Shown here one piece after another: positions 12,920 through 26,029 of a DNA stretch of 64,000 bases (position 1 is the stretch's first letter; every line of letters starts with the position of its first letter). Below the pieces are notes generated by a model. The model was not told the DNA's origin, searched no databases, and was given only the letters and a program-made list of their open reading frames with translations. This DNA comes from Octopus vulgaris (taxonomy: Eukaryota). Where the stretch lies: positions 60,636,001-60,700,000 of the forward strand of contig OX597824.1 of the NCBI GenBank assembly GCA_951406725.2. Direction: 5' to 3'. A program made the position numbers and the translations under genes.

Positions 12920-13203
12920 ATAGTCAGTTCAAATAAACGAATAAAAACGGACAACATGAGGACTTGCACAAGAAATGTATTCGCTTGACACTCGGTGAAA
13001 AGAAAGAGTTTGACGTTTCGAGCATAGCTCTTCGTTGGAAAGAGAAAGGGAAAAGTCTAAAGATGGAAAATAAATCGTCAACGGCACGTATGTAGTTATA
13101 TTGCTGAAGTCAAACTCTCTCCTTTCACCGAACATTTCTTATGTACGTCGTCATGTGGTTTGTTTTCATTCGTTTATTTGAATTGTTAATTTGAATTGAC
13201 TAT
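12920..13203. repeat. Inverted repeat (~95-bp arms) around a decayed hammerhead-like motif; Penelope pLTR-like
   Basis: 12920-13013 versus 13109-13203. Minus strand 13005-13044 reads CCAACGA-A-GAGC uau GCUC-GAAA-CGUC. Confidence 0.65.
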
Positions 13204-13336
13204 TTGCTGTAAGCTCACACGGACCGTCCTCGTCCGCCCAACTTATGTGGTGTTCCTGATTCATGGATTTCTTACTCTAACCTTTGGATTCCGTTACTTT
13301 TAAATTCCATCGAAGTACGTTGTTTCTGTACCTTTG

Positions 13337-13382
<46 letters not shown>

Positions 13383-13394
13383 TATACGCGTATC

Positions 13395-13785
13395 TTCTAT
13401 CTTTCACTTGCTTCACAGTCATTTGATTGTAACCATGCTTGGGCACCGCCTTGAGTGTTTTAGTCGGACAAATCGACCCTGGGACTTATTTTTGAAGTTT
13501 AGCACTTATTCTGCCAAACAACTTTTACCGAACCACTAAGTTACAGGGACGTAAACACGCTAACACCGGTTGTCAAGTGGTGATGGGGACAAACGCAGAC
13601 GCCCCATCCCCAACACATATATAGACGACGGGCTTCTTCCATTCTACGTCTACTAAATTCACGCACAAAGCTTTGGTCGGCCCGAGGCTATAGAAGAAGA
13701 CACCCAAGGTGCCACACAGTGGAACCGAACTCGGAACCATGTGATTGAGAAGCAAGTGTCTTACCACAGAGCCATACTTGCGCGC
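13395..13785 (-). mobile_element. tRNA-derived SINE family A
   Basis: Reverse complement of the family at 7567-8060. Confidence 0.8.
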
Positions 13786-13814
13786 ACACTTACACAAAGA
13801 TACATATTTATAGA

Positions 13815-14073
13815 CTAGCCTAAGGCGACCCGCTCTACGCGCGGGTGAGGGTGTGGTTGTTACTTTCTGTTGCTTCCTTTGTTTCTTATCGCCACATTAT
13901 CCCTCTTTGTTTCTCTCTCCTTTCTCTCTCACTTTCCCACTCTCTTACTCTTCCTTTCTCTCGGACTCTCCCTCGATTTCTCTTATGCGTGCACGTAAAA
14001 TCACAAAAATAATTCAAAATTGCTTTAAATTTTGGGAAATTTGATACTTTTTTCTGGTATATTTTGACGGTTC

Positions 14074-14141
<68 letters not shown>

Positions 14142-14657
14142 CTTATATACATATATATATATATATAAATTAACACAATATATCTGATTAATAATATCTG
14201 TTATGATTGTGCGGTGGTGGTGGGTGATGATAATTCACCGTTCTAAAAGACCTGTGGCAGGAATATTTAAACTTTTGCGACTGTCAACGCTTTCTCTCAA
14301 TAGATACAGAGAGGTACAGTGAGAGAGGTGGTGGGAGAAAGAGTGACAGAGAGACGAAGTTGTCAAACGTCGTTATAGAGAGAAGGGAAGGCAGCAAAGA
14401 GAGAGATTGAGGAAGATAGGGTGATATCCGAAAGAGAGAAACGACAAACACTTGTCAAAGTCTGGGTTTTGTTTCCCTAGTTTCACAGTTTTTGAGATAG
14501 GGGTTTCTAACCTAGTCCAGTCGCTTGCTTCTTCGTCTCTTTTTACATGTCCCTGTCAATTTTGGAGCTAATCCGACCCCATCTACCGGCCCTTAAACCG
14601 TTCCCATCCCAAAATGAGACAAACAAACTTTTCGCATTTCAGCTTTATAGATATTGA
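13815..14657 (-). mobile_element. Non-autonomous Helitron
   Basis: Minus strand: A|TCAATATCTATAAAGCTG 5' end; 3' hairpin ACCCGC-gcgtaga-GCGGGT, then CTAG|T. Both ends are shared with 40396-42528. Confidence 0.8.
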
Positions 14658-14879
14658 TAAGGAAATAATTTTATTCTCAAACGCAGGATAATGCTAATTA
14701 TATAGCATGAACAGGATAAACTACCCCTATTTTGCAGAAAAATGTGTCGGCTCTTACATTTGTGATGTTCTGCTAGGGTCAAGTTATCAGGGTAGAGACG
14801 GTGCTGGCGTTTTCCTGCGGTTATATAGGCATCTAAAGTGATTAGCGAGAGCATAGTATACGCTACCAACTTTGGTATT

Positions 14880-15895
14880 GAAATTTAATCATCAAGGTAC
14901 TTTCCCTGATTATCTATGGCTTCCTTCCATCTATTTACCAAATGGTAGTCTGAAGGAGCAAGGTCGGGGGAATAAGGTGGATGAGGAATTTTTTCCCAAC
15001 TAAGCTCTTCGATCTTCTGTGATGTGATCTTCGCAGTGTAGGGTCACGCATTGTCCTGATGAAACATCACTCCTTTTCGATTCACTAAAGCGAGTCTTTT
15101 TTTCTTCAAAGCTAGGCTCAAATTGCTGACAGTAGATTTGAGCATTGATTGTTGCATTAGGTGGTAGCAATTCAAAGAATCTTTTTCCCATGAAGTTCCT
15201 TTTTCGTTTGTGGTTGAACTTTTTCCGATTTTACCAAGCCACTGTTTACGACGTTTAACATTTCGATAAAAGATCCATTTTTCGTCACCAGTCACAAGTC
15301 TATTCAAAAAGGGTGAAATGAGTTCGCGAGAATGGAGAGAAGAGCAGATGTCAATTCATGAGGCGCCCAATTTCCAAGTTTAGGAACCTTTCCAAGTTGT
15401 TGAACATGACGATGAACGGTTGTATGGTGTGAACTAAGCTTTATTGCCAATTCAACTGATAATGCAAGATTTTCTGCAAGTAATGCCTCAAGGAGCTTAT
15501 CGTCAAACTCAACTGAACGTCCTGTTCGATCTTCATCTTCAAGGTTGAAATCTCCACTTCTGAATTTTGCAAACTATCTTCTGCAAATTCTTTCATTCAA
15601 GCATTATTTCACATAAAATGAGTGTATGTTTCTAGTCGCTTCGGCTGCAGAGTTTCCTTTTTTGCACTCATAGAGCATTATGTGCCTCAAATGCTCTTTG
15701 GATACTTCCATGTTAGAAAGGGCTTTGATCAAAGAAATTTTAATTCTATTATTCTGTAAAAGAATACTTTATTAGTTTAAATGTACACAAATGCATAAAA
15801 ATAATTTTTAATTCCATTAGACATTCTAAAATACTATTAAATTTCATTCAATTTTAAAAAAGGTAAAATCTGACAGAACTTATGAGATGACCTGA
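14880..15895 (-). mobile_element. Degenerate mariner (3' deleted)
   Basis: RLVTGDEKWIFY and FHQDNA (ORF 15044-15307); HPPYSPDLAPSDYHL read at ~14940-14990; TIR-like end at 15870-15895. Confidence 0.9.
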
Positions 15896-15906
15896 TTTAT
15901 ATATAT

Positions 15907-16010
15907 AGGGAGAATTCACAAAAAAAACAACAAAAGACGAAGACGAAGACAACAAAAAGATGTATTTGTGTAGCGCTCGGGAAGTGAAAAAGTCTTTAAC
16001 GTTTCGAGCC

Positions 16011-16013
<3 letters not shown>
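15907..16013 (-). repeat. Penelope pLTR 3' fragment between (TA)n tracts
   Basis: Homologous to 1397-1511 and includes the 3' half of the hammerhead (GGCUCGAAACGUUAAAGA). Confidence 0.75.
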
Positions 16014-16063
<50 letters not shown>

Positions 16064-16076
16064 AAGTCAAATTGCG

Positions 16077-17453
<1,377 letters not shown>

Positions 17454-17910
17454 GCATGTATGTATGCATGTATGTATGTATGTGTGTGTATGTATGTATG
17501 TATGTATGCATGTATGTATGTATGTATGTATGTATGTATGTATGTATGTATGTATGTATGTATGTGTGTGTATTATGTATGTATGTGTGTATGCATGTAT
17601 GTATATATGTATATGTGCGTGTCGGTCATGCACCGACACACCGTCTTCTTTGTATCTTATTTTGCCTTTCTTATTCGCGCATGTCAATTTGAGCAATATT
17701 ATCAATTAGGGGTCGAAATGTTGATGATTTTTGGTTGATATCAAAAAGGATACCTGATGAGCGTGTCCACATCTATTATTTGTTTCTATTTTTGCTTTCG
17801 GTATATTCCATTGCTGTCCACCAGTCCTTCAATGCCATATTTACTACACACACACACGCACACACACGCATATATACATACATACACATATATATATAAA
17901 ACGCACACAT

Positions 17911-17956
<46 letters not shown>

Positions 17957-19680
17957 CACTATGTGGTAATACTTCAACAAGTAGAAAAGTACTCGATTAG
18001 CGAAGAGAATAAAGATGATCTTAAATTATATAAAACCATAAATCTTGAAATTACAGCTATCCAGGGTTCCCTGATCGAAATAATTATATTTGCCACTATT
18101 TATCAAGCTGGAAACAAAACCGCTTGTCTTTTGTCTTTTGAGCAGATAACGTTTAAACAAGAAACGCTTGTAAAGAAGAAGACAAAAAGGAAAAACGCAG
18201 GGGAGATAACCTATCTTACAATAATTCGATGTTAAGCAGACGTAAACCAGATGTTTATGGATAACTAAGCGTCCAGTGGTCTACTTTTAAATTCCGACAA
18301 GATGTATTTTTTGAAATGTGGACATAAAAATTTAAAAAAACCTCGTTCCTCGAATTTATTTATTCGTTGGATGTTCTCAAGTGTTTTAATACAGTTTCTC
18401 AAGCGAACAAACTTAACAACTTTTAAACCCGTTAATATAGGATCTGGATAGAGAGGGAAGTTTCCGTTTGATATCAAAATTGTCCCTTAGTCTTTAAGCT
18501 TCCAGATTAGACTCGAAAAGTTTGTCGAATGTCTCTTATAAACAGTACCTAAAATTCGAAAAATGGTTGTTATATCTAGTTTCAAACTTTCCTTCCATAG
18601 CTCCGATATAAAGTTTGTTATTTGTACGGCCATTGTCTTAGTTTGCTGAAACCTACACTTCATAAACACAAGAAGCGTAACAAGCGAACGAATAAGCAGA
18701 ATTATATATAGACCAGTGGGACCCGTGTAGATTCCATGAAATGAAAAAGATTAAGAGGACCTATTTAGGAAAGAAAAGATGATTTGCCTTTTTATAGCAT
18801 TCCTAGTCTAGTTTTCTTTAAATATACTTCGTCTACATTCATTTCTTCGCGTCTCTTTGCGTGTTTTTATTTTTACTTTTTATTGTTGTTCCTCTATGAT
18901 CCGTGCTCTATATCTTGGCATCCTTTTCCAAACAGCTTGCAACAGTCTTTCTTGTGAATCTATAGTTTAGGCTAAATCAACCCTTATAAACAAATATCAA
19001 TTTCAAGCGAGCAGACGATAAATAGCACTGATGCGTATGCGTTAAGTGATGGGTGCTATAAAGAATTACCTTTACATCAATAAAATACTTTTCACTATCA
19101 ACATACCACTACCAGCACCACTACATCCACCACGATTATGATCACAATCACCATACATGCATGTATGTATGTATGTATGTATGTATGTATGTATGTATGT
19201 ATGTATGTATGTATGTATGTATGTATGTATGTATGTATGTATGTATGTATGTATCTGTCTATCTGTCTATCTTGTTCTGATAAGAATAGGATGGTGTTGA
19301 ATCCCTCTCTGTAGTATTTTAATCGATTAAATATGGAATCGATTAATTTGTGTTTAAGTGTTCATTGATGCATTTTGAGAAATGCGATTCTATTTGAAAC
19401 GTATGCAGCTGATCGATCATGAATAAATCACTATTCTTTTGTATTTTTCCATTATACTCTGTGACTATATACAGTATTTAAACTGTATCTACACAGAGTC
19501 AGAAACTGAATTTACAACCCATGTGGATTACTGTGGCATTCACCAGACAATTAAGATAGTCGGATTTTATGCTTGCACAGTGTTTATAAATTATTCTTTA
19601 ACGTCTTTTTCATCATTATATATGTACATACATCCATACACACATACGCACACATACGCACACACACGCACACTCACACA

Positions 19681-19844
19681 AACAAAGAGTGCTCAGCTAG
19701 CTATTCATCAGGCCGAAGATACCTTAATTATACGAAGGTTATATTGTCGTTAAGGAATCCCAAGATAACTCGCCGGAGATCTTTGGCGAGTTGCCCCACG
19801 TTATGTAATTATTATGATGAGTAGCTAGCTGAGTACCTTTTGTT
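19681..19844 (+). other. Branched hairpin (30-bp outer stem, two inner hairpins)
   Basis: Arms at 19681-19710 and 19815-19844; inner stems at 19721-19739 and 19767-19792. Confidence 0.6.
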
Positions 19845-20107
19845 GAGTAATTATTACATCAGAGGATCTGCTAGCTAGGAAACATATGTAGCCTGTATTT
19901 AAACTCCTCTACTCTCCTAATTTGGATTTTTATTTGCATTCATAGCAATTCAACTTGTTTTTTCAGTTTATCGAACTTCGATATGTGAAAAACCTACAAC
20001 CTGCAACGCCAATAAATTATTATTGTTCCTGAACGTTGTTTTTTATAGCAACCACAGACTGCTCAAACCTTACAAACTTCTTATACTTAGATTCGTGGAT
20101 CTTATAA

Positions 20108-20208
<101 letters not shown>

Positions 20209-20262
20209 TATAAGTATATATGTATATATGTTTCATTATGTGTGTATATGTGTGACTATGTA

Positions 20263-20335
<73 letters not shown>

Positions 20336-20449
20336 TTATGTATGAGTATGTATGTACATATGTATGTGTGTATTGCTACTATTCCGATTATTTTAATATC
20401 AAAGACCGTATGTTAAGGCAGAGAGCTAGCAGACATTTGCACACCGGGC

Positions 20450-20620
20450 AATGATGCTTAGCGGCATTTTATCCGTCTTAGCGTTCTGAATTCAGATTTC
20501 ACTGAGGTCGACTTTGTCTTTCGTCCTTTCAATAAAAAAAATTACTAGTTGAGCACTGGAGTTGATGTTATCGACTTATCTTTTCCTTAAACTTGCTGGC
20601 CTTGTGCCAAATTTTGATCC
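20450..20620 (+). mobile_element. SINE family B (Nin/Deu-like core)
   Basis: gaggtcgactttgYctttcRtcctttc core shared with 48780-49410 and 59615-60000. Confidence 0.7.
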
Positions 20621-21799
20621 CAATATCTAAGACTGCATTGTACGTGACCTCTTTTAAGCGATAGGGTGTAATTTGAGGAAGAGTTGGCAGTCTTATTTCC
20701 TGAGCTCTATCCCATTTCCTTGGCTCATATGATGAGGGTTAGGGTTAGGGTTATTGTCGATGTTAGGGTTAGGGTTATTGTAATTGTCGATGTTTAACTT
20801 AAGAGATAACTCTTTTTGGACGACTATGCTTGTAAAACCTTCCATCTGTGACCACGCCGTCTTATCTTTTGAGACATAATGTATCTGTGCCTACGTTGTA
20901 GAATATATCTTTACCTTTTTTCTGACAGTAGGGTGTGATTTTATAGTAATTTCTTTGCGATTTCTAGTAAATGAAGAGATCACATATAAATACCTTGGTC
21001 ATGATGCTTCATTGTGCATGCCTGATTGAAGTAATTGGTTCTTGTTATTTTATTTTATTTTATCAGTTTCCAGCTCCTTGACAGAGGGACAACCGAGACT
21101 GATGGAACAAACAATGACTAACGAATTATTTACATATCGGAGATTTGCTTCGAATGTCTACAACGGGAAAAGACTTTGCTTCAGGAAATCCCAAAACAAG
21201 CTGGTGGCGTGTAAAAGGACGACGGATTAAGATTAGGTGTAGTCCACTCACTAATCTAGCTTCCACTCAGATTCTGTCTTACACAATTTCACTCGCATCA
21301 CTGTGTTCTGTTCGAATCTATGGTAAAATACATTTGTCCAAATAACCGTGTGGTGGGATCGAAACCAGAATAATGTGATTTCAAAATAAAATGACCTTGC
21401 CTGCGCTTGATGTGTTTTATCAGTTGTAAATAGTTTGTTAATGAATGTAATTTTATGTTTTGTCTTTATATAAGTTAATTGATTTTTATCCTTCTTTGTT
21501 TAATTAAATTTGGCATTTTTACCAAACCATTTCTATTAGTTTTGCGAAAGTTAAAAAAAATGTAAAAGTTATCCACTCTCGTCAAGATGATGAGAGTTCA
21601 GATATTCTGAACGAAGGGTGGATGTCTTGTCCAATGTATGTTAATATGAAGTTGGCAAACTAGCACTTACCTTGCTTTCATATTTGTGCTTTGAAGATGG
21701 CAACATGCGTGATGAAAATGTCAGTTACCTTTTTATTTCATTGCTTTTTTCCCATGTTGACGAAATGTATCTTATCCTCTTTCTGCATTAAACAAATGC

Positions 21800-22045
21800 A
21801 TTATTCGGGAATATAAATAGCTGAATTCTAATCGGACACATTGTTTGGGAATATAAATAGTTGAACGTTAATGAGAAGTATTATTTAGAAATATAAATAG
21901 CAGAGATAGTAGAACACGAAGCAGATGCATCATTAGGGAATTTAGACAGCTGTACATTAATCAGGCGTATTATTTGAGAATATAAATTGTCGAACACTAA
22001 TGAAACGTATTATTCAGAAATATAAACAGTACATCGTTAAACAGC
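21800..22045. repeat. Degenerate ~40-bp minisatellite, ~6 units
   Basis: Recurring attattYRgRaatataaatag followed by related variable halves. Confidence 0.7.
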
Positions 22046-23299
22046 AAGGTTCTGAACTGAAAGATACCATATACACTCCATTAAAACTTGTTAGGAAAGT
22101 TTTCTATTTCTTATCGCCACCCCTCTTTATTTGTGTGGCGATAGAATTGTTTGCATTCATATAAACCTTCTTCCTCCGCCATAAGACTGAACGAATTTAA
22201 AAAGTATAAAATTCTAGCTTAATTTTATTAAGCATGGTAATTAGTCCGTCCCCTCTTCATTTCGTACAGCACCCACCCCACTTGCAGTGTTTTTTTTTTC
22301 TTTTTAGAGACGGTATCGAAGCAATTTCTAAGAAACAAGAGATTTGTTTACCGAAGGCTTTAAGGGATGAATTTAAACAGTCCTTAATAAAAAAAGTTAT
22401 ACAGTAGGGTACATATATATGAAAGGTTCCCTGTACGAACTAATTGAATAATGAAAGGTTTTTCTGTAGAAAATTAAACTCAGGTAACGAGCTGAAATGT
22501 GATCAACGAACAACGAGCATACTACGCACGAGTATTGATTAGGAAGCCATTCGCTTAGCGAGTTGGAATTTGGACAATAAACTACAAGGAGACTACATAC
22601 GCAAATAAATGATTGGGAGCCCATTCGCTTAGTGGGCTGGAATTTGAACAACAAGCCACGAGAAGACTACAAACACATATAAGTGGCTGGAAGAGCGTGT
22701 ATAAACGTCCATGTACGCATTTCATGTAACTTGCAGGTTTTCATATTTCATATGGAAATAAATAAATTCTCTCATATTTTTGCTAAAAGACAAAGAGAGA
22801 AACACATGCATGCATAAATACGTATATAGCTATGTATTTGCTATTGATAGATGAAAAAATAAAATATCATTTCAGGCCTTTATATGGAATTTTGGTCTGG
22901 TGTATTTCAATTACTCAGCAATTTGGTTTTAAAAAACAGGACTCTGGGACGGATTACGTCCGTATACTGAAGCTCCGCTGTACACGAACACTAATAATTA
23001 CGTGTATGGTATTTTAGAGATGAAAATATTTAATAGTCTGGAGTCAGTGGTTACTGGAAAATATGGCTTTTTGCTGAATGAGATGTACTGACGTGTCCTT
23101 TGGCTTATATCATCCTGTCCACTCCTACTTTCGTTTGTAATTATTTAAGATTCCTAAGTGTTATCCTCTAGTTTTTCAGTGAAGTCATCACATCTGTCGG
23201 AAGGGAGGATTTTCATTAGTAATAACAAATTTTATATCCTAGTAACAATATTACCAACAGAGTGAATGTTGTACCAAAGAAAATAAGACAATACACAAT

Positions 23300-25300
23300 C
23301 CTTCAAGTATTTTGGGGCAATTCAATGTGAGACAACGGCGTTTAACAAAGAGGTAGTCATAGAAAGCAATAGATTGGAAGAGGAATTAGTAAGCTAGAAG
23401 CGGTAATTAAAAAGATATCTCAACAACATACTGGCGGTAACAATGGTCCTCGACCATTTCTTCAATGCGAAACACGATGGTTGAATTGTCAAGGAGAAAG
23501 TTCGTGCGCTAAAACATGAACGAAATGAAGCCGTTCAATGGGCTTGTGTGATGAAAGCTTGATGTGGTAAAAAAGTCACAATTCAGTCTTTGACAATTTA
23601 GTATGGGAGCTTACTGCGCGCTTCCAAGCAAATGTGTGCAGCCTTCCAGCAGTACCTTGCGCAACTCTTCAGAGAAAGCGATAGGTGACAAGAATTATGG
23701 ACCTTAATACTTACCTCTACTACTTGCCACGATTCTTAGCAGAAGAGGCAAGGCACTGTGAAAAGCCAACAACAACAACTGAAATACAAGAATATTGAAC
23801 AGTTGCTCAAATTGTCCAGCTGAATGGTCTGTCCTATGAGTTTTATGGTGATATGCCAGAGCTGTTCGTCAACCTCTTGGCAAATGTCTATCATAACTGG
23901 CAAGATTTCTAGTTCGGTGAGCCGGGGTTTGTTAACGTTGCTGTGAAAAGATATATAGATAATATAGACAATTTCAGGTCCATAATTCTACTAAATACAG
24001 AGTTTTAAAATTTTGGCCAAGGTGTTATGAAAGAGATTGGCGTTTGTCGTTGATGGTTTTGTCGGATTGGCGTTTGTCGTTGATGGTTCAAACGAGTGCA
24101 ATCCGTAATAGATCTTTCAACGACAACCTCCACCTCATGCCTTTCATTATAGAGGAAATGTGTGACAAATCTGGCACCGGCAGGGCTCTGATTAATTTGG
24201 ATCAGTCGAAAGCCTTCAATAGAGTTGACCATCGCTACTTGGCAGGTTTCAGTGGCTGGATCGCAGCAATACACAGTGATGCTTGCTCGGTGGTCAAAGT
24301 AAACGGCCGCCTCTCCGAACTGTTTCATATCGCTGGCTCGATCTATCAAGCATGCCCTCTCTCATCGCTTCTATATATTCTGGTGCTTGAGTCCAGCCTT
24401 GGCTGCGGAAGCTGGAAAGGAGCATCTCAGTTAAACTGGATGCGGGATAGCTGTGTTAATGTATGAAGATGACATCGCCTTACTGTTAGACACAACGAAA
24501 GTTCTGGTAGTCGATTCCATTTTAAAGGAATAAAAAGTGATGGCAAGAGCAAAGATAAATCCGAACAAGTCGGTAGACTTGCGGCTCGATACTTGGAGAA
24601 GCAAGTCTATGCTATCGAACAGCATAATAGGTCGATGAACAGTAATGTTGCTTGGAATCTGGTTTGGCTCGGATATTTACGTGGACAAGAACTGTGACGA
24701 AGTTACAAGTAGGGTGGCTAGAATCACTCAAAAGGTGCGTTTCCTGTGGAAAGAACGCGACAACTCTTCAGATGGTCCATTTCTTAGCAGTGTTTCTGGA
24801 AGGCGACCTTGGCATGTTATGGCTGATGATGCGCAAACACAAACTGCGGATACGCCAATTACAGATTTTCCTAGAGAGTGAGCAGGTGTGGACTCCGTTT
24901 GCAAGCCACGCCTTTCCACAGCTCATCTCTGACGGAGCTGCAATCCTCAGTTACGAAAAGCATAAGATTGGGCGCCTGACACCTGAAATGTCACGAGGCA
25001 CTCACCGCTCCTAACCAGTCGGATAATGCGATCGGTGGTAGTTTTACGTTATAGTGATAGTTAAGAGCGATGATGTTCTCGGAGAAATTATATGCGTCGA
25101 CGAAGCTGAATTAGAAGGATTGAGGCAAGACACCTTCCTCTTCGGTCAAGTTCCCATCGATTTTTAAGGATCCACTTGGAAAGGAAAGTGAATTTGGAGA
25201 GGGAAGTGCTATCTCGCATTGAATTTGTGAAAAGATGGGTGACTGTGGAAAAAATGTTTAGGGTCAATGGTCCTACTCTAAGTATGCACTTGTAGATTGG
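23300..25300 (+). mobile_element. Degenerate Tx1-like LINE ORF2
   Basis: GLSYEFY, NFRSIILLN, ALINLDQSKAFNRVDHRYL, QACPLSSLLY and LLGIWFG; homologous to 55200-57895. Confidence 0.85.
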
Positions 25301-26029
25301 AAAACAACAGTTAGGCGAGGGCTCATGTCTTTAGTGGTCAGAATAATCTTGGACTCGTGGGGTTCCTAGATTGGCTCTAGTTGGAGTTTCTCCTGTATCA
25401 GAACTGCACCATTTATGCGTTTACATGCTTTGTATACTATGTATATTTTTATCTCATTTCACTATCTTTTCTCTTTCCTTTCTTTTATTTTTTGTGTAAG
25501 CCCCCTCACAAATTGTAAACACCTGGAATCATCCTCGATCTGCTAACTGGCATATGCATGACGATGTCATAACTCAGAACAAAGATTGGGGTGATATAAG
25601 ATTAAGTAGAGCTCACAAAACTCCTGAATATTATTAGGATCACAGAATGGTTCGCAGTAAAGTATTTGTCAAAACATATACAAAGAAGACATTGAGATCC
25701 AATATATCTCCGAGAATAATTGTGTTTTCTTTAAAAATCCTGAAACGACACAAAATTTTGAAACACATCCAAATTCAAAACTTAAAAATATAGAGGAAAG
25801 TTTTGTGACATAATCTTCGTGACAGCATCAAATTATATGCTGCAGATGTTCAAGGATTTGTCAAATGTAAGCACCAATATTAGTTCGATGAGAATGATTC
25901 TGAAGTCAAACCTCTCCTACAATATATACACAAAAGATACAAAAAAAAAAAACAAAAACAAAAAAGCAACTCAACATCACTGAAATCTCTGTACATTTCC
26001 TCTAAGAAAATTGGTCAGAAAAAAATGTG

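Noticed and set aside
20733-20777. TTAGGG repeats (also 12001-12025)
   Set aside because: Only a few interrupted units; not a telomere, more likely a repeat-internal motif.
21800-22045. CRISPR-like repeat/spacer appearance
   Set aside because: The repeats are degenerate, the spacers are related to one another, there are no cas genes, and the context is eukaryotic.
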